IMG/VR virus record: IMGVR_UViG_3300031519_006853
Coordinates: 32,001 to 96,000 of that record
Length of the DNA: 64,000 nt
Origin: a virus
Direction: 5' to 3' (one strand)
Shown here: piece after piece, positions 48,515 through 58,186 of the stretch
Layout: each line of letters opens with the position of its first letter
Numbering within the stretch: position 1 is the stretch's first letter
Notes under the pieces: model-generated
Databases searched by the model: none
The model's input: the letters and a program-made list of their open reading frames with translations, nothing else
What the model was told of the DNA's origin: nothing
Program-made: the position numbers and the translations under genes

Positions 48515-49182
48515 TGAATTACGGAAAAGAATTTCAGAAGTATGCAATGAGTGATCATAATGTTAGCTCATCTAAGTTAAATTATTATGAGAAGCAAATT
48601 GAATCATCAATGACTCCTTATATTTTAGAGGAGAGAGAATTAAGAGCAACACAAATGGATATCTTTTCAAGGTTAATGATGGATAGATTACTTTGGGTTG
48701 CTGGGCCAGTTAATGATGGTATGTCAACAGTTGTTCAGGCTCAACTAATGTTCCTAGATAGTGTAGAGAAAAAAGATATCACAATGCATATTGATTCTCC
48801 AGGAGGTTCTGTTAAATCAGGACTCTCTATGGTAGATGTTATGGATTATATTAAATCAGATATAAGAACAGTCAATACAGGCATGGCTGCATCTATGGGA
48901 TCAGTTTTACTAGGTGCAGGAACACGGGGTAAAAGAAGTTCACTAAAACATTCAACAACAATGTTACATCAATCATCAGGAGGGTTTAGTGGAAATATAC
49001 AAGATGCTGAAATTGATATGAAAGAATGGAAAAAGATTAATAATACTCTTTTTAAATTACTCGGATCATATTGTGGTAAAAAACCAGAAAAAGTAGCAAA
49101 GGATGCAACTAGAGATTTTTGGTTAAATGCTGAGGAGGCTGTAAAGTACGGAATTATTGATGAGATAATAGGAGTTAAATAA
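48514..49182 (+). CDS. clpP: ATP-dependent Clp protease proteolytic subunit
   Basis: MDIFSRLMMDR, IDSPGGSV, GMAASMG (Ser), MLHQ (His) and TRD (Asp). Confidence 0.96.
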   Translation: MNYGKEFQKYAMSDHNVSSSKLNYYEKQIESSMTPYILEERELRATQMDIFSRLMMDRLLWVAGPVNDGMSTVVQAQLMFLDSVEKKDITMHIDSPGGSVKSGLSMVDVMDYIKSDIRTVNTGMAASMGSVLLGAGTRGKRSSLKHSTTMLHQSSGGFSGNIQDAEIDMKEWKKINNTLFKLLGSYCGKKPEKVAKDATRDFWLNAEEAVKYGIIDEIIGVK

Positions 49183-49191
49183 ATAACAATA

Positions 49192-49218
49192 TAAACAATT
49201 TTTTATAATTACATATAA
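49192..49218 (+). promoter_or_regulatory. Putative middle promoter (TAAAC-N15-CATATAA)
   Basis: Recurring motif. Confidence 0.52.
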
Positions 49219-49234
49219 AAATAAAGTAAAAATT

Positions 49235-50515
49235 ATGAGCAAAACTATTAACATTGAGGAATGGGATAAGCTTTCAAAAAAGAAACGAAAAGAAGTCACT
49301 AAAATTATATTTACAGGAACTAAAAAAGTAAGTGATGTAAAGGATAGGCCAAGTATGGCTTTTGCTACTATGTGTAAAAACGAGGAGCATTGTATAGGTG
49401 TTACGTTAGCACATGCTGGTAAACATTGTGACTATGTAGTAGTAGCTGATAATGGTTCTACTGATGGTACATTTGATGCAGTAAGAAAATTCTTTGATGA
49501 ATCAGGGTTACCTGGCTCATGGCATGTTGATCCTTGGGATGGTTATGCAATTAATAAAACAAAGATGTTATCTTATGTAAAAGATAAAACTGAATACCTT
49601 TTACATTTAGATGCTGATGATCGTGTTTCTGAGGATTTTTATTTTACTCATTCAGATGCTGGGAGCGATTACTATATTATGACAATGCATCGTGGAAACT
49701 CTACATGGAAAGCTACAGTAGTTTATAAAAATGATCTTGTATGGAGATTTTTAGGAACTGCTCATACAATTGTTAAAGCTGATAAAGAAAATTTAATTCA
49801 AGGAGATCTTAGTGAAAGAGGATATTGTAATTGTGATGGGATTGGATCACGTGCATTTGACCCTAGGAAATATTGGTATGATGGTGAAAGGTTAACAAAA
49901 CAATTTTGGGATTGTTTAGCAGATGATCCTGAAGGTTTATTAACAAGATCTGCGTTTTATGCAGGCCAGAGTTATATGGATTACCGAGTAGACGGTTGCA
50001 CAGAAAAAGCTTTACAATGGTATAGGTTATTTTTAAAATTTAAAGATACTTGGATTGAAGAACAGTTTGAAGCTCAGATGAGATTAAGTAGAATCATAAT
50101 GAGATTAGAAGATCATGAAGACAGGTTCTATGAAATTAAAAATGAAATGGATAAAGCAATTGCTATATTTGGTGATAGGGCTGAGCCTTATTATTTCTTT
50201 GGAGAATATTGCTGCAAACAAAATAGACATGATTTAGCATACGAATATTTAAAGAAAGCAACAGAATGCAACTTAGACCATGCTGAAAGTAATTATAATT
50301 TATTTGTTAATAGAACAGTTTATGGTATTCATATTAATGATTGGCTTTCTGTAGCATGTTATTGGACAAACCGAGTAGAAGAAGGTAAAAGTTATATAAA
50401 TGAAATTTTAGAAAATGCTGATCATTGTAAAACATTTAAAAACTCACTCCCTCATTATAAAAGAAATTTAGAACATTTTAATAATTTAGAAAAACGGTTA
50501 AATAATGAAAACTAG
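49235..50515 (+). CDS. GT2 glycosyltransferase with TPR-like C-terminus
   Basis: MCKNEE, VADNGSTDGT, LHLDADD; FYAGQSY...A.QWY...RAEPYY TPR-like helices. Confidence 0.82.
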   Translation: MSKTINIEEWDKLSKKKRKEVTKIIFTGTKKVSDVKDRPSMAFATMCKNEEHCIGVTLAHAGKHCDYVVVADNGSTDGTFDAVRKFFDESGLPGSWHVDPWDGYAINKTKMLSYVKDKTEYLLHLDADDRVSEDFYFTHSDAGSDYYIMTMHRGNSTWKATVVYKNDLVWRFLGTAHTIVKADKENLIQGDLSERGYCNCDGIGSRAFDPRKYWYDGERLTKQFWDCLADDPEGLLTRSAFYAGQSYMDYRVDGCTEKALQWYRLFLKFKDTWIEEQFEAQMRLSRIIMRLEDHEDRFYEIKNEMDKAIAIFGDRAEPYYFFGEYCCKQNRHDLAYEYLKKATECNLDHAESNYNLFVNRTVYGIHINDWLSVACYWTNRVEEGKSYINEILENADHCKTFKNSLPHYKRNLEHFNNLEKRLNNEN

Positions 50516-51314
50516 ATCTCAATTAACTTCAGGCTTTTCTTTAAGTTTACATGATACGTATATAAAGGCAAAGCCTTATCCACATATTTCTATCGATAAT
50601 TTTATACCTATTGAGGATATAAGATTATGTGTTAATGAAATGAAAAACTTTCCAAACTGGGGATATGATAAAGGTAATGAGCATTTCCAAAACAAAAAAT
50701 ACTTTTATCCTTGGCGTGAAATTGAAACTATCTTAGGTCCTACTAGCGATATCGCTGATACTGTTGAAACACTTTCAACTAAGGCCCCTGTATGCTGGAA
50801 GTGGCTTAGCTATTTTAATTCAGAAGATTTTATTAAAATTTTAGAAAACTTAACTGGAATAAAAGATCTTATGCCAGATCTAGGTTTTTCAGGTGGTGGT
50901 ATGCATATGATACAATCAGGTGGAAAATTATCAATTCATAGTGATTTTAACAAACATCCTTATGGTTTAGGTTGGAGAAGAATTAATTTATTAGTTTATT
51001 TAAATGAAGATTGGCAAAAAGAATGGGGTGGAACTTTACAGATTTGGAATAAAGATATGTCTGAAATGGTTTCTGAATTTCAACCGTATGCAGGTAAAGC
51101 TATTATTTTTAATACAACTGATGATGCACTACATGGTCACCCTGACCCTCTAAATTCACCAGAATACATAGCACGGCATTCATTTGCATTATATTATTTT
51201 ACTAAAGATAGACCCGAGCATGAAAAATCAGATTTTATTGGTGCCCAATGGTATGACAAAGGAAATCCGTTAAGTGTACAAGAACAAGAAAATAGAGAAC
51301 AACAAAATGCATAA
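50505..51314 (+). CDS. 2OG-Fe(II) oxygenase
   Basis: PYPHI.IDNF, IHSDFN (HxD), WGG.L.IW, LHGH and RHS.A.YY. Confidence 0.88.
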   Translation: MKTRSQLTSGFSLSLHDTYIKAKPYPHISIDNFIPIEDIRLCVNEMKNFPNWGYDKGNEHFQNKKYFYPWREIETILGPTSDIADTVETLSTKAPVCWKWLSYFNSEDFIKILENLTGIKDLMPDLGFSGGGMHMIQSGGKLSIHSDFNKHPYGLGWRRINLLVYLNEDWQKEWGGTLQIWNKDMSEMVSEFQPYAGKAIIFNTTDDALHGHPDPLNSPEYIARHSFALYYFTKDRPEHEKSDFIGAQWYDKGNPLSVQEQENREQQNA

Positions 51315-52551
51315 AGTAGATAAATTAATTATAGGAGGCGGTATTACTGGATTATCAACAGCCGCCTTTTTAGGAAAAGATTCAGATTACTTAGTTCTTG
51401 AAGGTGCAAATGAATTAGGTGGGTATTGTAAAACTACCAAAAGAAATGGATTTGTTTGGGATTACAGTGGGCATTTCTTTCATTTTAGGAATGATGAAAT
51501 AAAAAAGTATATGATGTCAGAAATGGCATGTGAAGTTGTAACAGTTAAAAAAATAACAGATATAGATTATAAGGGTACTGTTATAGATTTTCCTTTTCAA
51601 TATAACGTTCATCAATTACCAAAGAAAGATTTCTTAGAATGTTTAAGAGACATGTATTACTTAGGTGATATAGACAATGAAAATTTTAAATCATTTGTAA
51701 ATTCTACATCAGGTAAAGCAATTGCTGAAAAATTTCTAATACCTTACAATGAAAAATTATATGCATGTGATCTTAATAAATTAGATGCAGATGCAATGGG
51801 TAGATTTTTTCCAAAGCCAATTAAGTTTGATGAACTTATGGAAAAGATAACAGTTCCTAATGATTATGAATCTTATAATGGAACATTCATTTATCCAGTA
51901 GACGGTAGCTTTGAATTTATTAAATCTATATTAAAACGAGTAGATGAAAATAAAATATGGTTAAATTCCAAAGCTAATAAAATTGACTCTAATAAAAAAA
52001 TAGTTTATACAGATAAAGGGGAAGTTCATTATAATACTTTAATTAGTACAATGCCATTCAATAAAATATTACCTATGGTTTCAGATAATTCTACTTCAGA
52101 ATTATCATCAAATAAAGTAGCAGTATTTAATTTAGGTTTTGATAAAGGTACGGATATAAAAACTCACTGGAGATATTTCCCTGGTAATGAAATATTTTAT
52201 CGTATAGGTTTTTATAATAATATACTAGGTACAGATAAATTAAGCTTATATGTAGAGGTTGGCGCAAAGAGTAATGAACTATTAGAAGAGAAAGTATTAT
52301 TAAATCAAATTCTAAAAGATCTTAAACAAAATGGTATAATAACAGATCATAATTTAATAGATCATCAATTTATTGTTATGGATCCTGCTTATGTTCATAT
52401 AACTACAGAGAGCGAAAAAACTTATAAAACATTTTGTAAAGATTTTAATAAAAAAGGAATATATTCTATTGGAAGGTATGGGTCATGGACTTATTGTTCT
52501 ATTGAAGATAATATTATACAAGCAAAAGAATTAATTAATAAAATTAAATAA
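51307..52551 (+). CDS. FAD-dependent oxidoreductase (UDP-galactopyranose mutase / protoporphyrinogen oxidase-like)
   Basis: IIGGGITGLS, GGYCKT...WDYSGHFFH and GRYGSWTY. Start moved to ATG 51307. Confidence 0.78.
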   Translation: MHKVDKLIIGGGITGLSTAAFLGKDSDYLVLEGANELGGYCKTTKRNGFVWDYSGHFFHFRNDEIKKYMMSEMACEVVTVKKITDIDYKGTVIDFPFQYNVHQLPKKDFLECLRDMYYLGDIDNENFKSFVNSTSGKAIAEKFLIPYNEKLYACDLNKLDADAMGRFFPKPIKFDELMEKITVPNDYESYNGTFIYPVDGSFEFIKSILKRVDENKIWLNSKANKIDSNKKIVYTDKGEVHYNTLISTMPFNKILPMVSDNSTSELSSNKVAVFNLGFDKGTDIKTHWRYFPGNEIFYRIGFYNNILGTDKLSLYVEVGAKSNELLEEKVLLNQILKDLKQNGIITDHNLIDHQFIVMDPAYVHITTESEKTYKTFCKDFNKKGIYSIGRYGSWTYCSIEDNIIQAKELINKIK

Positions 52552-52552
52552 T

Positions 52553-52936
52553 ATGAATTATCACGAAGATGATAGAGCACAGCGATTATTGAATGTATTT
52601 CCGGTAGGAGAAGGTCAAATTAATGTATCTTATATAAATTCAACTGAGCATATTGTAGCTTGGCATAAACATGAAAAACAAACTGATTACTGGATTTGTA
52701 TTAAAGGTAGTTTAAAAGTAGGATGGGCAACAGAAAAAGACGGTTGTGAATTTAAATATCTTTCTGATAAAAATCCACAAGTATTAGAAATACCCCCAGG
52801 AATATATCACGGTTATAAAGCGTTGGAACCAGGAACTATATTAGCATACTATGTTACAAGAAAATATGATCCAACGGATGAGCACAGGGCAGATGTAGGC
52901 CATTTTGGAGAAGAGTGGAAAGCTGAAAATAAATAA
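52553..52936 (+). CDS. RmlC-like cupin (dTDP-sugar epimerase family)
   Basis: AWHKH..QTDYW.CIKG and IPPGIYHGYKAL. Confidence 0.75.
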   Translation: MNYHEDDRAQRLLNVFPVGEGQINVSYINSTEHIVAWHKHEKQTDYWICIKGSLKVGWATEKDGCEFKYLSDKNPQVLEIPPGIYHGYKALEPGTILAYYVTRKYDPTDEHRADVGHFGEEWKAENK

Positions 52937-53012
52937 TGATTAAAAAATTAATATTCTTAATAAGACTTAAGCTTGCAAAAAGAAAAAGAAAATCAGTATG
53001 GGATCTGTAATT

Positions 53013-53597
53013 ATGAGTAAGAAACATTTAGTAGTAATAGGGCATCCTGATAGAGAGTCATTTTGTTATAATGGAATATTCAAAACCATTACAAAAGAAC
53101 TTGAAGATAACAACGAAACCTTTGAGGTTATCGATGTGTATGAGGATAAGTTACATAGAAATAGAGAAGTATTAATTGAAGAATATAAGAAATTAATTAC
53201 CTGGTCAACTCATATTTACTTTGTATCACCTGTATGGTGGTTTAGGATGACACCTAAGATGGAAACATTCTTTGATGAGGTTCTTACGCCAGGGTTCGCA
53301 TATAAGTTTGTACCAATAAAAGGAATGTATGCTTATCCAAAACCATTTTTGAGTGATAAGAAAGTTAGAACATACATTACACACGGAGCTCCAATGTTAC
53401 CAGTAATTACGCTATATTTTAATTCAGTTAAACTAAGATTAGTAATGGGAGTGTACTCATTTGTATTTGGTTGGAAGTTGAGTAGGTGGAGAAAAACAAA
53501 ACAATTCTGGTCTGTACCATTTGTATCACACAAGAAACGACAGAAATATTTAAGAGTAGTAGAAAAAGATATAAGAAAAGATCTTAAAAAAGTATAA
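53013..53597 (+). CDS. Flavodoxin-like NAD(P)H dehydrogenase (quinone), MdaB/KefF family
   Basis: LVVIGHP..ESF, PVWWFRMTPKMETFFDEV and THGAP. Start moved to ATG 53013. Confidence 0.85.
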   Translation: MSKKHLVVIGHPDRESFCYNGIFKTITKELEDNNETFEVIDVYEDKLHRNREVLIEEYKKLITWSTHIYFVSPVWWFRMTPKMETFFDEVLTPGFAYKFVPIKGMYAYPKPFLSDKKVRTYITHGAPMLPVITLYFNSVKLRLVMGVYSFVFGWKLSRWRKTKQFWSVPFVSHKKRQKYLRVVEKDIRKDLKKV

Positions 53598-53598
53598 C

Positions 53599-53826
53599 AT
53601 GAAAAAGTTTATTACATTCTTTTTAATATGGTATAGTCAACAAATGGCAATACCTTTTTGGGTAATAGGGCATGTACATTTACATTTTGCTACATGGCAT
53701 GATGCATATGAATATAGTTTATCAATATTCTTGCATTTAATGGTTGCAGTAGGATTTTGGATAGATTGGAAACAAAATGGAAAACAAAAACAAAAAAATA
53801 CATATAAAAATAAAATAACTAATTAA
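53599..53826 (+). CDS. Small membrane protein
   Basis: Two hydrophobic segments, His/Trp-rich. Confidence 0.55.
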   Translation: MKKFITFFLIWYSQQMAIPFWVIGHVHLHFATWHDAYEYSLSIFLHLMVAVGFWIDWKQNGKQKQKNTYKNKITN

Positions 53827-53827
53827 G

Positions 53828-54808
53828 ATGGATTATAATCATAAAAGTTTACATAAAGATATTTTTGGCTATATTGACAGTATACAAAATTTAGAACAAG
53901 ATTTATTTACAATTACTTGCTGGTATAGTTTTACAGATGATAGGAAAATAAAAGAATTAAGAATTAAAGAAGATAACGTAGAATATCTAGATACGGCTTT
54001 TAGTATACCAAGACAAGATGTTGTTAAATATTATAATAATGCAAATCTTATTAATTGCGGAAATATATTAGTAATTAGAACTAAAAATACTAAAATTACA
54101 ATACAAGCTAAGAGTAATAATGTTTGGTATGATATTAATGAAATAGATTTAACTAAGTACGTTGCTGTCCTTAATCCTAAATTTAATAAAGTAAATGATA
54201 AAGTACCTACTCTAATAGCAATTGATGATTTTTATACATATCCTGATGAGGTAAGAAAAATGGCATTAAATCTGGATTATGCTCCTAGCCAATATCATAA
54301 AGGGAAAAGAACTAAGTCTAAATTAGTTATTGAAGGTACAAAGGAAAAACTAGAAAAAGTCCTAGGTAAAAAAATTACCAATTGGACAGAAACACATGCT
54401 CACTGTGGTGTATTTCAACACTGTACACCAATAGATCCTATTGTTTATCATTATGATGGCCAAAGCCATGCAGCAGTTGTATTTTTAACACCCAATGCAC
54501 CAGTTACAACAGGCACTTCTTTCTTTAGGCATAAATCATTGCATTGGTTAGATAAAGCACCAGTCATAGGAGAGAATGATATTAAATCTCAATCACAAAT
54601 AACAGAAATAGAAGCTAAATTTATAGGAACAGAACACGATGATTTTTTAGATGGTACTAAATGGGAAGAAATTGATAGAATAGGAAATAAGTATAATCGT
54701 TTAGCAATATGGGATGCTAAATTAATTCATGCAGCTACTCAATACTTTGGTAAAAATTTAAACGACTCAAGATTATTCCACATGTTTTTCTTTGATATAG
54801 AACAATAA
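53828..54808 (+). CDS. Unknown N-terminal domain fused to a 2OG-Fe(II)-like (DUF6445-type) domain
   Basis: IDDFY..PDEVR, YHYD, AVVFLTP..P..TGTSFF, NRLAIWD..LIHAA and RLF.MFFFD. Confidence 0.75.
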   Translation: MDYNHKSLHKDIFGYIDSIQNLEQDLFTITCWYSFTDDRKIKELRIKEDNVEYLDTAFSIPRQDVVKYYNNANLINCGNILVIRTKNTKITIQAKSNNVWYDINEIDLTKYVAVLNPKFNKVNDKVPTLIAIDDFYTYPDEVRKMALNLDYAPSQYHKGKRTKSKLVIEGTKEKLEKVLGKKITNWTETHAHCGVFQHCTPIDPIVYHYDGQSHAAVVFLTPNAPVTTGTSFFRHKSLHWLDKAPVIGENDIKSQSQITEIEAKFIGTEHDDFLDGTKWEEIDRIGNKYNRLAIWDAKLIHAATQYFGKNLNDSRLFHMFFFDIEQ

Positions 54809-54809
54809 T

Positions 54810-56009
54810 ATGAAATTAAGTATAATTACACCAACACACAAGCTAACATATATTCATGAATTATATGAATCTATTAAAAAGCAAACATACTCTGATTGGG
54901 AGTGGGTTATTTATCTAAATGGCAAAGCTAAGAAAAAAGAATTATTAAATGAAATTCTTAATGATGATAGGGTTAGCATTTATGAAGATAGAAAAAAGCA
55001 TAAGCATAGTACCAATGTAGGTTATTTAAAAAATAAAGCATTTCTATTAGGTAAAGGTGAGATTTTACTGGAAGTAGATCATGATGATTTAATTACGCCT
55101 GATTGTTTATATGAAGTAGCTAAAGCATTTAAAGAAAATCCTAATGCTGGTTTTGCATATAGTCATACTGCTATAATTCAGAAAGATAATATACCTTATA
55201 ATCCAGCATTTGGTTGGACTACCCCTTATCAAATTGAATGGGAAGGTAAAAAATATTGGTCCAACAGTTCATTTGAACCTTGTGCCGGGATGGCATCTCT
55301 TATTGGTTTTGGCCCAGATCATATTAGATGTTGGAGAAAATCTATTTATCATTCAGTAGGAGGTCATAATCCAGAACTTTCTATTTTAGATGATCAAGAA
55401 TTATTTATGAGAACATATATGATTACTGATTTTTATGAAATAGGAAAATGTCTTTATTTATATAGAGTTCATGGTGATAATACTTGGTTAGAAAGAAACG
55501 CTGCTATACAGAAAGGTACTAAAGAATTACAAATAGAATGGCAAGAAAAGTTAGCTACGTTGGATGCTCAAAGAAAAAATCTAAAAATAATTAATTTATT
55601 AAATGTTGATTTTGATATTCACAAACCTTGGCCATTAAAAGATAACTCTGTAGGTGTCATTAAAGCTTCACATGTTATACAATTAATTGAAGACAAGGAA
55701 TTTGCTATGAGTGAAATGTATCGTGTGTTAGATGATAAAGGCTGGGCTTTTGTTGAAGTACCTTCAACTGATGGTAGAGGGGCCCACCAAGATCCTAGGC
55801 ATAAAAGCTTTTGGAATGAAAATAGTTTTTGGTATTGGACAAAGAAAACTCATGCAAGTTTCATTAATACAAATGTAAAGTTTCAAAACATGGCAAGTGG
55901 TACAAGTTTCCCTAGTAAATTTTTTGAAGATAACAAAATATCATGCACATGGATTTATTTAAGAGCAGTAAAATCAAATTCTAAACGACCAGGACTATAC
56001 GAATTTTAA
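54810..56009 (+). CDS. GT2 glycosyltransferase fused to a methyltransferase-like domain
   Basis: SIITPTH, EVDHDD, DDQELFMR; C-terminal ASHVIQL...EMYRVL...VPSTDGRGAHQDPRH.SFWNENSF. Confidence 0.82.
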   Translation: MKLSIITPTHKLTYIHELYESIKKQTYSDWEWVIYLNGKAKKKELLNEILNDDRVSIYEDRKKHKHSTNVGYLKNKAFLLGKGEILLEVDHDDLITPDCLYEVAKAFKENPNAGFAYSHTAIIQKDNIPYNPAFGWTTPYQIEWEGKKYWSNSSFEPCAGMASLIGFGPDHIRCWRKSIYHSVGGHNPELSILDDQELFMRTYMITDFYEIGKCLYLYRVHGDNTWLERNAAIQKGTKELQIEWQEKLATLDAQRKNLKIINLLNVDFDIHKPWPLKDNSVGVIKASHVIQLIEDKEFAMSEMYRVLDDKGWAFVEVPSTDGRGAHQDPRHKSFWNENSFWYWTKKTHASFINTNVKFQNMASGTSFPSKFFEDNKISCTWIYLRAVKSNSKRPGLYEF

Positions 56010-56021
56010 ATAAAAAGAAAT

Positions 56022-56639
56022 ATGAAATTTAAAGATACTATTGGAATATTTAATAATGCATTCTCGGCAGAAGAATGCCAAGCAATTATAGATGGGCATA
56101 CTTATGCATCAGACCGAGAATTTACTAGTGAAGGAGGGTACGGCGTGTTAGAGGGTCATAAAAAATCTAGAGATTATGATATAATTCGAAGCGAAAGACC
56201 AGAAGATAAAGAATTAGTTGACTTAATAGCCAATAAATTTAATAGATTTAATATGGAATATTTAAGAGACTTTGCTCCGTATGATGAATTTAATACAGAT
56301 AATTTATTAAATGGTCAAACATATTATCCATTATTTCAAATACAACATTATCTTAAAGGATTAGGCCACTTTAATTCTTTTCATTTAGAAAACCATGATG
56401 TTGTATCATCTAAAAGATTATTTGTTTTTATTCTTTATCTTAATGATGTAAGTGAAGGTGGAGAAACTGCGTTTTATTTTAAAGAAGATGGTGAGGATGA
56501 TTTTTTTAAAGTTAAACCAGAAGTAGGTAAATTAATAATTCATCCAGCTTCATGGCCGTATGTTCATAAAGGACATAAACCTGAATCAGATGATAAGTAC
56601 ATATTAACTACATGGTTATGCTATATGGATAATAATTAA
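56022..56639 (+). CDS. 2OG-Fe(II) oxygenase (prolyl 4-hydroxylase-like)
   Basis: QIQHY, FHLE, RLFVFILYLNDV.EGGET.F, IHPA.WPYVHKG and KYI.TTW. Confidence 0.88.
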   Translation: MKFKDTIGIFNNAFSAEECQAIIDGHTYASDREFTSEGGYGVLEGHKKSRDYDIIRSERPEDKELVDLIANKFNRFNMEYLRDFAPYDEFNTDNLLNGQTYYPLFQIQHYLKGLGHFNSFHLENHDVVSSKRLFVFILYLNDVSEGGETAFYFKEDGEDDFFKVKPEVGKLIIHPASWPYVHKGHKPESDDKYILTTWLCYMDNN

Positions 56640-56647
56640 GAAATTAC

Positions 56648-56678
56648 TTTCAGATGATCATATTTTTTGTTATATTTA
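56648..56678 (+). promoter_or_regulatory. Putative early promoter (TTTCAG-N17-TATATTTA)
   Basis: Exact bipartite match. Confidence 0.62.
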
Positions 56679-56694
56679 AATTAAATACCAATAT

Positions 56695-57675
56695 ATGAAT
56701 CCAAAGACTCAACTAGGTTACTGCTGTATTAATTTAAATTTACGACAAATACCGATTACTGTTAATAGAACATGTAGAAAGGCAACGTTTCAATCTGGTG
56801 GACTACCTCATGTAAGCAACCTTGCATTACAAAATATCAGAGATCTTGTAGAAATTATTAAATGGAATGAAAAGAATGGATTTAAAGTCTATCGCATGTC
56901 ATCAAACATGTTTCCGTGGATGTCAGAGTATGAACTTAAAGATTTACCAGATTACCAAAAAATATCTACAATTCTAAAAGGTGCAGGTAGGCTTGCTATT
57001 AAATATGGACAACGACTCAGTTTCCACCCTGGCCCTTTTAATGTTCTAGGATCTCCGAATCCTGTATTGGTTACTAAAACTACAAAGGAACTTAATCAAA
57101 CGGCAGAAATTATGGATATTATGGGATTAGAGCAATCTAATCATTATCCTATTAATATTCACTGCAATGGAGTTTATGGTGACAAGAAGGCTACATTACA
57201 AAGGTGGTCTGATAATTACAAAAACCTTTCAGTATCAGCTCAAGCAAGATTAGTTGTAGAGAATGATGATAAAGCATCTATGTATTCTGTAAAGGATTTA
57301 TATGATGGCATCTTCTCTGAAGTAAAGGTACCTATTACTTTTGATTTTCATCACCACAGATTTCAACCTGGTGACTTATCTGAACAAGAAGCATTTGAAT
57401 TGGCAATGACTACATGGCAATATCATAATGTAAAACCATTATTTCATTATTCATCATGCCGAAGAACATTCGAGGATCCAGGTTGTAAGGCACAAGCCCA
57501 TGCTGATTTCATATACGAACAGATTAATGATTACGGTCATGCCGTAGACATAGAAGTAGAGGCTAAAGCTAAGGAAGTGGCCGTCTTAAAATATAAAGAT
57601 GATACAGATTCATTGTTAGAATCTTATTTACCTTTTGATGTACATATTGATAATCAATTAGTACTAGAAGTTTAA
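56695..57675 (+). CDS. uvsE: UV damage repair endonuclease (UvsE/UVDE)
   Basis: LGYCCIN, YRMSSNMFP, RLSFHPG.FNVL.S, RLVVENDD, FDFHHH, HYS, HAD and EVEAKAKE. Confidence 0.93.
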   Translation: MNPKTQLGYCCINLNLRQIPITVNRTCRKATFQSGGLPHVSNLALQNIRDLVEIIKWNEKNGFKVYRMSSNMFPWMSEYELKDLPDYQKISTILKGAGRLAIKYGQRLSFHPGPFNVLGSPNPVLVTKTTKELNQTAEIMDIMGLEQSNHYPINIHCNGVYGDKKATLQRWSDNYKNLSVSAQARLVVENDDKASMYSVKDLYDGIFSEVKVPITFDFHHHRFQPGDLSEQEAFELAMTTWQYHNVKPLFHYSSCRRTFEDPGCKAQAHADFIYEQINDYGHAVDIEVEAKAKEVAVLKYKDDTDSLLESYLPFDVHIDNQLVLEV

Positions 57676-57691
57676 TTTTAAAAAAAATAAC

Positions 57692-57985
57692 ATGATTAAA
57701 ATTGTTAAAGAAAAACCAATTAAAAGTAGCACCTCAGTTGAAGGTATATTAGTACAAGTAACTGGTGGCCAATGGTATGGAATTACTACGTTTAGACCTG
57801 CAAGAAATCCTTGGTTAGGTAGAGCTAGTAAATCAACTACAACAGGAAGAATGGAATTTACCAGCGGTAGTGAAACATTTCAACAAGCTTATAAAGAAAA
57901 ACCAACCTTTGAAGAATTAAAAGAAACTTTAATGGCTGTGCTAAATGGAGCTGAACCTGTTAAATATAAAATTAATTACAATTAA
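57692..57985 (+). CDS. Hypothetical protein
   Basis: Clean ORF. Confidence 0.6.
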   Translation: MIKIVKEKPIKSSTSVEGILVQVTGGQWYGITTFRPARNPWLGRASKSTTTGRMEFTSGSETFQQAYKEKPTFEELKETLMAVLNGAEPVKYKINYN

Positions 57986-58149
57986 TGGGGAGTATAATGG
58001 AAATATTTGCATTGCTCTTTATTATATTTTTGAGCTTTGTTTTTCATTGTGTTGTCTATGAAGATGACTATGTTAAAAAATGGTATTGGAAAGTATTAAT
58101 AGGTGGTGGTATATTAGCTCTAACTTTTGCTGCTGTTATGGGATATTAA
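57985..58149 (+). CDS. Small two-TM membrane protein (54 aa), not in ORF track
   Basis: Read by hand: MGSIMEIFALLFIIFLSFVFHC...WYWKVLIGGGILALTFAAVMGY. Confidence 0.55.
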   Translation: MGSIMEIFALLFIIFLSFVFHCVVYEDDYVKKWYWKVLIGGGILALTFAAVMGY

Positions 58150-58186
58150 ATTGTTAATAACTTTTTGAAAATAACATGAAACTATG

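Noticed and set aside
523-53533. Minus-strand ORFs and short nested plus-strand ORFs in the track (e.g. 523-798, 3431-3619, 6999-7328, 32432-32785, 43137-43520)
   Set aside because: All lie inside well-supported + strand genes and read as antisense or out-of-frame shadows with no recognisable motifs.
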